This document shows, one piece after another, positions 10,291 to 17,925 of a stretch of DNA of 32,000 nt. Made by a program: the position numbers and the translations under genes. Each line of letters begins with the position of its first letter. The stretch's first letter is position 1. Source of the DNA: Candidatus Nanopusillus sp. (GTDB lineage Archaea > Nanobdellota > Nanobdellia > Nanobdellales > Nanobdellaceae); assembly GCA_028276785.1 (NCBI GenBank), contig JAPYVP010000002.1, forward strand, positions 21,399 through 53,398. The letters run 5' to 3'. The notes under the pieces were generated by a model. It was not told where the DNA came from and did not search any database. It worked only from the letters and a program-made list of their open reading frames with translations.

Positions 10291-10653
10291 ATGATTGATC
10301 CAGAGACGCTTAGAAGATTAAAATATTTAGAAGAAAAAATTTCAATGTTTAACAATATATTACAAACCATAGATGTAACTACTAGAAGTTCTTTAGAGGA
10401 TTTTAAATTAGAGATAGAAAATATTAAAAAGGAAATAAAAGATATAAAACAAGAAATAAATGATCTAGAAATAAAAATAAAAGCAATAACCGATGAATTA
10501 TCAAATTTTGCAACTATAGATCAATTAAAAATTATAAATTCTATTTTAGATTATATAAATCCATTTGATTTTGTTACTAAGAAAGAATTGAATAAACTAG
10601 TAAAAGAAAAAATTATGGAATACTTGGGTGACTTATATAATCAGAAAAGTTAA
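10291..10653 (+). CDS. Coiled-coil protein, unknown function
   Basis: 120-aa ORF, divergent from the FlaI-like gene. Heptad-like K/E/I/L-rich sequence (EDFKLEIENIKKEIKDIKQEINDLEIKIKAITDEL). Confidence 0.5.
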   Translation: MIDPETLRRLKYLEEKISMFNNILQTIDVTTRSSLEDFKLEIENIKKEIKDIKQEINDLEIKIKAITDELSNFATIDQLKIINSILDYINPFDFVTKKELNKLVKEKIMEYLGDLYNQKS

Positions 10654-10685
10654 ATTTATAATATTCAATATTTTTATTAAGAATT

Positions 10686-11405
10686 ATGAGAAGCTTACTT
10701 GGGGTATTTAGTAAGAAAGGTAGCAAGGACCAGAATGACCAACAGAATTTAGACAATCTATTTCAAGACTTTAATAACCCAATGCCTCAAAATAGCGGAC
10801 CTTTCAATCAATTTCAGCAGAGTAGTAATATTAATCCTATGACAAATAATTATCAAAATTATTCTTTTGGACAAACATATGGCCAAACATATCAGCAAAT
10901 GTCGCCACAACAAAGCTTTTCAAATCAATTTAATCAATCATGGAACTTACCTCCACAGCCAAATCCAACTCCAAATCTAAATCAATTTCCACCACAACAA
11001 ATGCAGATCCAAAATCAACCAGAGTTTGGACAAGGAAGTTTTGCTATAGATGAAAGGCTTGAACAATATATAAATAGTACAATAAATGAAATATTAAAGG
11101 ATAAACTAAATGAAATAAATGATGAATTATCACAGATAAAAGTATGGAAAGAAAAAGTAGAATATCTTATTAATAGAATGCAAGACCAAATTGATAAATT
11201 GGATAATAAAATAACCGAAATAAATAATTTAGCAACTAGAAAATTGGAAGAATATGATAAAGGAATGAGAGAAACAACAACAGAAATACAAGCATTGCAT
11301 AGATTAATAAGAACGATGATACCTGCTATATCAGAATCTACAAAAGAATTAAGAGAAACTGTAGAAGAACTGAAGTCTTTAAGAGATTCTATTAGAAGAC
11401 CCTAA
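10686..11405 (+). CDS. Q/N/P-rich low-complexity protein with C-terminal coiled coil, unknown function
   Basis: N-terminus is MRSLLGVFSKKGSKD. About 95 residues of Q/N/P/F/S-rich sequence follow, including GQTYGQTY and three NQF units. Then comes a ~125-residue coiled-coil-like C-terminus. The low-complexity coding stretch is visibly more C-rich than its surroundings. Confidence 0.6.
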   Translation: MRSLLGVFSKKGSKDQNDQQNLDNLFQDFNNPMPQNSGPFNQFQQSSNINPMTNNYQNYSFGQTYGQTYQQMSPQQSFSNQFNQSWNLPPQPNPTPNLNQFPPQQMQIQNQPEFGQGSFAIDERLEQYINSTINEILKDKLNEINDELSQIKVWKEKVEYLINRMQDQIDKLDNKITEINNLATRKLEEYDKGMRETTTEIQALHRLIRTMIPAISESTKELRETVEELKSLRDSIRRP

Positions 11406-11436
11406 ATTTTTTAATCCTTTTTAATAAATTTTATTA

Positions 11437-11832
11437 ATGGAGAGAAAGAAGAACATTATATTAGGATCTATATTATTGATATTGTTAGCATCAGGATTTA
11501 TAATTGCCCCTATATTGTATCCAATAAATAATAATAGAAACCTAAATCAGAATGAACTATATCAAATATCTCAAATTGCTCAATACTGTCAGGCCCTGTG
11601 TATATATGCGAAGCATAATTTATCTATAGATAACTTAAGTAATACATGTTTAGTATCAAAAAATTCTATATTATATCAATATTGGATTTCTTATCCAAAT
11701 TCACACAATTGGGGGTGTGAAGTATCAGACAGTAATTTGAATTTATGCAATAATAGTAATTATATAGTATTAGATGATAATTGTTCAATAATTAGTATAT
11801 ATTATCAAAATAAGCAGTTGAATATTACATGA
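11437..11832 (+). CDS. Membrane-anchored Cys-rich extracytoplasmic protein, unknown function
   Basis: MERKKNIILGSILLILLASGFIIAPIL signal-anchor, then a ~100-aa domain with 6 Cys and several N-x-S/T sequons. ATGA overlap with the downstream TatD gene. Confidence 0.5.
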   Translation: MERKKNIILGSILLILLASGFIIAPILYPINNNRNLNQNELYQISQIAQYCQALCIYAKHNLSIDNLSNTCLVSKNSILYQYWISYPNSHNWGCEVSDSNLNLCNNSNYIVLDDNCSIISIYYQNKQLNIT

Positions 11833-12554
11833 AATATATTGACTCTCATTGTCACCTATATAAATTTAATGAAATAGAAATTAAAAGAATAATAAAAAAT
11901 AGGGACATAATAATACTATCTGTCTCTGAAGATTTAGAATCTTCACTAAAAAATCTGGTTTTATCACAATTAAATGAAAATGTAATACCAGCCGTAGGAA
12001 TTCATCCTTGGAATGTAGAAAATATAAATGAAAACACATTTAAAATAATAGAAGACATAATAAAAGAAAATAAAATAAAAATACTTGGAGAAATTGGATT
12101 AGATAAAAAATTTAAACCAGAAACATTTGAAAAACAGAAAGAAATTTTTGAAAAATTTTTAAATTTAGCAAAAGAATATGACCTAAATCTAAATCTTCAC
12201 ACTCCCAATGCTTCAAATGAGGTATTTGATCTTTTAATAAAGTATGATATTAAAAAAGCTTATTTTCATTGGTATAGTGGAGATGAAAAATTGTTAGAAG
12301 AAATAATTGATAAAGGATATTTTATAGGCATAAATGTTGCAACAATAATAAATGAGAAATATAAAAGATATATAGAAATTGCAAATATAAAAAATATAAT
12401 AACAGAATCTGATGGACCATACAATTATAAGGGTATTATACTCCACCCAGACCTTCTAAGAGACCTTTATAGATTAATTTCGAATATACGAAAAATAGAT
12501 TTGGAAGAATTATCGAATATTATACAAACCAATTTTGCTAAGTTCATATATTAA
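11829..12554 (+). CDS. tatD: TatD-family metal-dependent hydrolase/DNase (paralog 1)
   Basis: N-terminal IDSHCHL, GEIGLD, NLHTP and ESDGPY motifs of the TatD amidohydrolase fold. Confidence 0.8.
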   Translation: MKYIDSHCHLYKFNEIEIKRIIKNRDIIILSVSEDLESSLKNLVLSQLNENVIPAVGIHPWNVENINENTFKIIEDIIKENKIKILGEIGLDKKFKPETFEKQKEIFEKFLNLAKEYDLNLNLHTPNASNEVFDLLIKYDIKKAYFHWYSGDEKLLEEIIDKGYFIGINVATIINEKYKRYIEIANIKNIITESDGPYNYKGIILHPDLLRDLYRLISNIRKIDLEELSNIIQTNFAKFIY

Positions 12555-12651
12555 CACATCGTTAATGTTATTTAACATTGCATTAATATTTATAAATTTT
12601 AAGAAGGATATTCATTAACGTTATATTAAATATGATTAACACAATGTTAAT
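12550..12651. promoter_or_regulatory. Operator-like array upstream of tfe: two copies of the 17-bp palindromic box ATTAACACAnnGTTAAT plus two further TTAAC-based palindromes, flanking TATA-like elements
   Basis: Copy 1 is ATTAACACATCGTTAAT (12550-12566) and copy 2 is ATTAACACAATGTTAAT (12635-12651), identical at 15/17 positions. Further palindromes are AATGTTA-TT-TAACATT (12564-12579) and TAACGTTA (12616-12623). TATA-like TTTATAAA lies near 12589-12598 and TTATATTAAATA at 12621-12632. Confidence 0.45.
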
Positions 12652-12666
12652 CAATAATGTTTATAA

Positions 12667-13206
12667 ATGTCAAAAAACCTTATAGCTATTATGAGCTACT
12701 TGCTCAACGAAAACTATTTAAAAATATTAGAATATATAGCAGATAGAGAAGAATTTACAGAAAAAGAAATAAAGAAACAATTAAAGATAAAGGAAGAAGA
12801 AATTAGGAAACTATTATACATATTAGAAGAAAATAATATAGTATATCCAATAAGCATAATAAATAATAATGGAAAATTTGATTTTAGATGGGGAAATAAA
12901 ATAAAGAATAAAGAAAAATTATTTAGCTTGCTAATTAACAAAGAAATTAATAGAATTAATGAAGAAATTAAAAATATTCCAAAAACAATATACTATTGTA
13001 ATGAGTGTGGAAGTATATATAATTTCGATGATGCATATGAAAATGATTTTATATGTAGAGAATGTGGATCGTTATTGACTGAAAAAGAAAATTTCAGAAT
13101 AATAGAATTGGAAAATATTATACATAACTTACAAATATTGCTAGATAAATATTCTTCAAAGGTTACGAAGAAAGAAAAAACATCAAAAACAAAGGGTAAA
13201 AAATAA
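12667..13206 (+). CDS. tfe: Transcription factor E (TFE-alpha, TFIIE-alpha homolog)
   Basis: N-terminal winged-helix region (ILEYIADREEFTEKEIKKQLKIKEEEIRKLLYILEENNIV) followed by a Zn ribbon (YYCNECGSIYNF...FICRECGSLL). Confidence 0.75.
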   Translation: MSKNLIAIMSYLLNENYLKILEYIADREEFTEKEIKKQLKIKEEEIRKLLYILEENNIVYPISIINNNGKFDFRWGNKIKNKEKLFSLLINKEINRINEEIKNIPKTIYYCNECGSIYNFDDAYENDFICRECGSLLTEKENFRIIELENIIHNLQILLDKYSSKVTKKEKTSKTKGKK

Positions 13207-13208
13207 TC

Positions 13209-13220
13209 TTTTATTTTTTT
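13209..13220 (+). terminator. Oligo-T tract after the tfe stop (possible archaeal intrinsic terminator)
   Basis: TTTTATTTTTTT begins 3 nt after the TAA. T-runs are common in this genome, so support is weak. Confidence 0.25.
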
Positions 13221-13236
13221 ATTTAAATTATATTTA

Positions 13237-14388
13237 ATGATATTTAAGGTTAAAATATATGATCTAACCGAAATATTTAAAGAAACAAAATCTAAACTAG
13301 TTAAATCGAATTTAGATAATGGAGCAAGAGTATATGGAATAAAACTTGATAAAATGAAAGAAATGATTGGATTTGAAATATTACCTAATAGAAGAATAGG
13401 AACTGAATTTGCTGATATTGCAAAAAAATTTGGATTAAAGGGAATATTACATTCAGATGAATTACCAAACTATGGAATATCTGAAGAAGAAGTCAAAAAT
13501 GTTAAAAAAATATTAAACTGCTCAGACGAAGATGCATTTATATTATTAATATCAAAAGATTATGAAGTAGCCAAAAAAGTTTTTAACTTAATAATAAATA
13601 GAATAAATGAATCAATTAAAGGAATACCAAAAGATACCAGACAAGCAAATGATGATGGAACTACATCTTTTTTAAGACCGCAACCGGGTTCTGAAAGGAT
13701 GTATCCTGAGACTGATCATCCTTATATATATATTGATAAAAACGTTATTGAAAATAATGAATACAATATAATAAGATATAACATAAGTTATGGAGACATT
13801 AAAGAAACATTCGATATATATTATTTGAAAAAATTTGATAAAGACTTATATATTAAATTGTTAAATGAGGGAAAAACAATATTAAATTCTATTGATCCAG
13901 AATTTGTTAAACAAATGTTAAAATCTTTTGGATATAATGAAAAACAAATTGAAAATATAATATGGAGTGAATATATAAATGATATAATAAGAATGTCTTT
14001 TGATATAGATCCAACTACTGTGTATTATTTATTCTTTCAGATGGTTGGGGATACAGAAAATTTATTTAAAGAGAAAATAGAAAAATTTGATTTAAATTTT
14101 GTATATAAGATAAAAGATTATTTAAAAGATAAAAAAATTGTAAAAAACGCAATACCAATAATATACTATTATTATATCAAATATAACAAAGATATTGGAG
14201 ATATAATAAGAGAAAATAGCTTATATAAAAGAAATAGAGAAGAATTGAAAAAGGAAATTGTAGAATATGTAAAATCACTAAATACTAATGATAAAAAAGT
14301 TATTTTTTCAAATGTATTTAGTAAATTTAAATATGTAGCAGATAGTGATGACATCAAAAAGGTATTAGAAGAAATATTAAACATATAA
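13237..14388 (+). CDS. gatE: Glu-tRNA(Gln) amidotransferase subunit E, C-terminal portion only (split or truncated gatE)
   Basis: LPNRRIGTEFADIAKKFGLKGILHSDELPNYGISEEEV and DDGTTSFLRPQPGSERMYPETDHP match the central GatE/GatB-type blocks. In full-length GatE these lie about 250 residues further from the N-terminus. The upstream neighbour is an intact tfe gene. Confidence 0.8.
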   Translation: MIFKVKIYDLTEIFKETKSKLVKSNLDNGARVYGIKLDKMKEMIGFEILPNRRIGTEFADIAKKFGLKGILHSDELPNYGISEEEVKNVKKILNCSDEDAFILLISKDYEVAKKVFNLIINRINESIKGIPKDTRQANDDGTTSFLRPQPGSERMYPETDHPYIYIDKNVIENNEYNIIRYNISYGDIKETFDIYYLKKFDKDLYIKLLNEGKTILNSIDPEFVKQMLKSFGYNEKQIENIIWSEYINDIIRMSFDIDPTTVYYLFFQMVGDTENLFKEKIEKFDLNFVYKIKDYLKDKKIVKNAIPIIYYYYIKYNKDIGDIIRENSLYKRNREELKKEIVEYVKSLNTNDKKVIFSNVFSKFKYVADSDDIKKVLEEILNI

Positions 14389-14410
14389 AATTTTTATACA
14401 TCAAATATTT

Positions 14411-14818
14411 ATGGAGGAATGTGTATTTTGTAAGATAATAAATAAACAAATACCTTCATATATACTATATGAAGATGACTATTCTATAGCATTTCTAGAT
14501 ATAAATCCATTAAACAAAGGGCATATCTTATTTATACCAAAGAAACATTTTGATAGAATATCAAATATTGATGATGAATATATAGAGAATTTCTATAGAA
14601 GTTTTACAAAATTTTTAAAATTATTTGAAGAAAAATTATCAAAAGATTATAATATAATAATAAATAATGGAAAGAAGGCCGGACAATCTGTATTTCATGC
14701 ACATATACATATAATACCACAATATAACGAAGATGGATATAAAAAATTATTTAATTGGAATGCTCATAAATTATCTAAAGAAGAAGCTGAAGAAATAATA
14801 AGAAAGTTTAATTTTTAG
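14411..14818 (+). CDS. HIT-family nucleotide hydrolase/transferase
   Basis: CVFCKII N-terminus and histidine triad HAHIHIIP. Confidence 0.85.
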   Translation: MEECVFCKIINKQIPSYILYEDDYSIAFLDINPLNKGHILFIPKKHFDRISNIDDEYIENFYRSFTKFLKLFEEKLSKDYNIIINNGKKAGQSVFHAHIHIIPQYNEDGYKKLFNWNAHKLSKEEAEEIIRKFNF

Positions 14819-15507
14819 ATTTCCCTATATTCAATAATTCCATCATTTACTATTTTAAATTTTACAGATATTCCTTCCGGTAGATACCTGTGCTTTCTTA
14901 ATATTGCCTCTCTAATACCATTATCTAAAATTCTCAATTCAATCAAACATTTTGACCAATACTTTATTAAATCTCCCCCAACAATCCCGATTGCATCTCT
15001 ATTATCAAACAATGAATATACTTGATTTATAACCAAAACTGGTATATTATATTTTCTAGAAATTTCTGAAAATATCTGTAATTGCTTTGCAAGTTCTATA
15101 TTTACTTCATTTACATTGCTATCACCCCTTTCCAATCTATATAACATTGATATAGAATCTACAACAATTAATCCAACATCATTAGAATTCTTTTTTACAT
15201 AATCATATGTTAAATATATTGCCTTTTTTTGTTCAGAAAAATTTACAGGTTTGTATAATAATATATTTTTCATTACGTTTTCAAAATCCTCCTTTGCAAT
15301 CTGTTTTAATCTTTCAAGAGAAAAACCACCTTCAGTATCAATATATATTACCTTTTTACCAAATTTAGAAATATTATAAGAACTTATTATTGCAATGTTT
15401 GTTTTTCCTGATGCAGATGGTCCATAAAATGATGTAATAATATCAGTTTCAATACCCCCATCTAATAGTTTATCTATTGGATATATTCCAGTAGAAATCT
15501 TACTCAT
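14815..15507 (-). CDS. radB: RadB-type recombinase paralog (RadA/Rad51 core without the N-terminal HhH domain)
   Basis: STGIYPIDKLLDGGIETDIITSFYGPSASGKTNIAI (Walker A), VIYIDTEGGFSLERL, and Walker B LIVVDSI. At 230 aa the length fits RadB. Confidence 0.8.
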   Translation of the reverse strand: MSKISTGIYPIDKLLDGGIETDIITSFYGPSASGKTNIAIISSYNISKFGKKVIYIDTEGGFSLERLKQIAKEDFENVMKNILLYKPVNFSEQKKAIYLTYDYVKKNSNDVGLIVVDSISMLYRLERGDSNVNEVNIELAKQLQIFSEISRKYNIPVLVINQVYSLFDNRDAIGIVGGDLIKYWSKCLIELRILDNGIREAILRKHRYLPEGISVKFKIVNDGIIEYREI

Positions 15508-15541
15508 ATAGAAATTTTTTCATTATTTTTTAAAAATATAA

Positions 15542-16822
15542 CTAATATTTAATTTCAATTTCTTTTTCACCTACCTTAATATATAAGTACTTTACTTTCT
15601 TTCTAATACTATTTTTATAGTTATTGATTATAAATTCTAATGCTTTATATATATCATTTATTTTTCTCCTTGTAATTGCATATATTTTTCCATTTCTAAT
15701 TATTAACTCTTCATTCCTATGTTTTTCATAAAATCTATTATAATTTTTTTCTTCCCACAATAATGGACCTTCCCTTACTTCATATTCTGGTAATTTATCT
15801 GGATAATATAATATATAACCATATAAATAATTTTCATCGAAAAAATAATAGTAATTGAAAATTTTAAACCCAATATTATTTATCCACTTTTTAATATTAT
15901 TAAATAATGCTAAAGCTTTACTATTTTTTATATCCTTATTATTTGAATCTCCTTCCATCTTTAAATATATCATATTTACATTGTATTTTTCAGCTAATTT
16001 TTTTACTTCATCATAATTCTTATATATTCTATTAAAGAAGAATTTTTCTTTATCTTCAGATATTAAAAATATCCTAGAATAATATATAAATTCTGAAAAT
16101 TTCTGTAAAGAAACAGAAGCTGCAGCATTTCTGTATTTATCAGTTGGATCAATTATTATTATTGGAGATTTTATTTTATCTTTTGATAAATTTCTTTTTA
16201 TCTCATCATAATTTTTATAATATTTTTCTAAATCTATTATTACTTTTGGTTTCCAATTGGATACATTTTTTATAGTATTTTCAAAAGACCCATAATTTAT
16301 TAATATTAATTCTATTGCATATCCGGAAAATCCTCTAACATAGGATTCTGCGCCATAAACATTTATATTCTTTGTAAATACTTTTAGTAATCTAATTTCA
16401 TCTTTCATTTTTTCATTTAATTTACTTATTACATATTTAACATGAAATGGCGAAAGATCAGTAGTATTTTTAGCTTCCTTTATATCATTTATTTTTAATA
16501 TTGGAACTAATTCAAATATTAAACCTTTATAACTTACTTTAAAATAATCTCTAGAACCTTTTATTCTTATATAGTTCAAATTCTCTTTCTTTAATATATC
16601 TTCAACAATATTGGATATATTTTTGTCATCTTTAAATAATAAGAATGTATCTACATCAAAATCATTTTTTATCCACGTATCCTTCGCAAACGATCCTCCT
16701 AAGAATGGTTCTAAATTATTTGATCTTAATATATCAAAAAACTCATTTATTATATTATATACTCTCTTTTTTTCTTCCTCAGATGGTTTTATTTTAGATA
16801 ATATTTTGTTATAATCTATCAT
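15542..16822 (-). CDS. cca: Class I (archaeal) CCA-adding tRNA nucleotidyltransferase
   Basis: FLGGSFAKDTWIKNDFDVDTFLLF catalytic nucleotidyltransferase motif, 426 aa. ATGA overlap with the aRF1 stop. Confidence 0.8.
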   Translation of the reverse strand: MIDYNKILSKIKPSEEEKKRVYNIINEFFDILRSNNLEPFLGGSFAKDTWIKNDFDVDTFLLFKDDKNISNIVEDILKKENLNYIRIKGSRDYFKVSYKGLIFELVPILKINDIKEAKNTTDLSPFHVKYVISKLNEKMKDEIRLLKVFTKNINVYGAESYVRGFSGYAIELILINYGSFENTIKNVSNWKPKVIIDLEKYYKNYDEIKRNLSKDKIKSPIIIIDPTDKYRNAAASVSLQKFSEFIYYSRIFLISEDKEKFFFNRIYKNYDEVKKLAEKYNVNMIYLKMEGDSNNKDIKNSKALALFNNIKKWINNIGFKIFNYYYFFDENYLYGYILYYPDKLPEYEVREGPLLWEEKNYNRFYEKHRNEELIIRNGKIYAITRRKINDIYKALEFIINNYKNSIRKKVKYLYIKVGEKEIEIKY

Positions 16823-17901
16823 ATCTTAAATCTTAATATTGCACCTATTTTAAAGTTTGAAAATTGTTCCCCTTCGGGATGATTTTTTGATATTATCTCA
16901 ACTTTTGCATTTGTTTGTTCAATCAATTCAAATAATTCCTTAATCTTATCTTTATAATCTTCTGATAGTAGTATCGTATCTACTGCACCAATTTCTAATG
17001 CCCTTTTTACATCATCAAACCCATAAACTACTAAACCAGTACCTTTTCCAAGATGTTCAAAAAACAATTTTGTTAATTCTATTTCTTTTACATATTCTGT
17101 TTTTTCTAATACATCTTTTGCCCTCTCTAACAATTCTTTTAGCCCGTGTTCATTTGAATACGCTGTATCATATACAGCTAAAATTTTTTGTTTAAGATGA
17201 TATGGTAAATAATCACCATTAACAAATTGTTCTTTAAGCAATCCTGGCCCTCCAACCAGTATACCAACCAATTTATCTAAATCTTTTTCGAAATAATTTC
17301 TAACTTCATCTGCTAAATATTTTAACCATAAATGAACATCTTGTTCTATTAATCTTTGGAATCTTACAGAAGATTGTCCTCCAGCCCTTATTTTACCAGG
17401 AACCCATGATTGTTTATTTTCTAATACTATCAATTGATTGCCTTTTAATACCCCTATAGAAGCTTCTCCTCTATCTAAAACTATTAACCCATATATTTGC
17501 TTTGGTAATATCAATTCTTTTAACGGGTCTAATACAAACCTAGAGTCACATCTATATAATCTAATGTTTAATTTATCTGGAGGTTCTATTGCCCATAATC
17601 TTATATCAACTTCTCCAGGTCTATTTGATATATTTCCACAAAATACTACTAGACCGTTGTCTGGAAGTTTCTTTAATCCTTTCAGATAATTTATGATTTT
17701 TGCCAATGCATCCATCACATGTTGTCTAGTATTCTTATCCTTAATATTTTGAGCAGTTGAATATTCATAATTTAAATGGTCTAAAACCTTAGCTAAATCA
17801 TATCCAGCCGGTATATAATATGAAATTAGTTCTGTAGCTCTACCATTATAATTACTTAATTCTTCTATTAACATTTGTAATTCAAGTTCTTTAACATCCA
17901 T
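16819..17901 (-). CDS. prf1: Peptide chain release factor aRF1
   Basis: GGQS motif (KIRAGGQSSVRFQRL), an N-domain NIKS-type motif present as NIKD (17737-17748), and GRATELISYYIP at the N-terminus. Confidence 0.92.
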   Translation of the reverse strand: MDVKELELQMLIEELSNYNGRATELISYYIPAGYDLAKVLDHLNYEYSTAQNIKDKNTRQHVMDALAKIINYLKGLKKLPDNGLVVFCGNISNRPGEVDIRLWAIEPPDKLNIRLYRCDSRFVLDPLKELILPKQIYGLIVLDRGEASIGVLKGNQLIVLENKQSWVPGKIRAGGQSSVRFQRLIEQDVHLWLKYLADEVRNYFEKDLDKLVGILVGGPGLLKEQFVNGDYLPYHLKQKILAVYDTAYSNEHGLKELLERAKDVLEKTEYVKEIELTKLFFEHLGKGTGLVVYGFDDVKRALEIGAVDTILLSEDYKDKIKELFELIEQTNAKVEIISKNHPEGEQFSNFKIGAILRFKI

Positions 17902-17925
17902 TATATAGAAAATTAAAGATAATTT

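Noticed and set aside
12551-12660. The repeat-rich tatD-tfe spacer as a replication origin (ORB elements) or a split-tRNA half or leader.
   Set aside because: There is no orc1/cdc6 neighbour. The repeats bear no resemblance to the G+C-containing ORB/mini-ORB consensus. There is also no G+C-rich stem segment of the kind tRNA halves would show. An operator or promoter interpretation fits better.
15990-16014. Minus-strand AUGAUGA followed 14 nt later by CUGA inside cca. A similar CUGAUGU-11 nt-CUGA occurs at 24844-24866 inside rfcL.
   Set aside because: Only one box pair is present in each case, with no second pair at the proper distance. The spacing or box sequence is imperfect, and both lie deep inside coding sequence. 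Chance occurrence is expected at this base composition.
17737-17748. aRF1 carries NIKD instead of the canonical NIKS motif. NIKS-region variants have been discussed in connection with stop-codon reassignment.
   Set aside because: All three stop codons terminate well-supported genes in this window. TGA ends aIF2-gamma at 2190, TAG ends the HIT gene at 14818, and TAA ends most others. No conserved gene needs read-through, so there is no sign of recoding.
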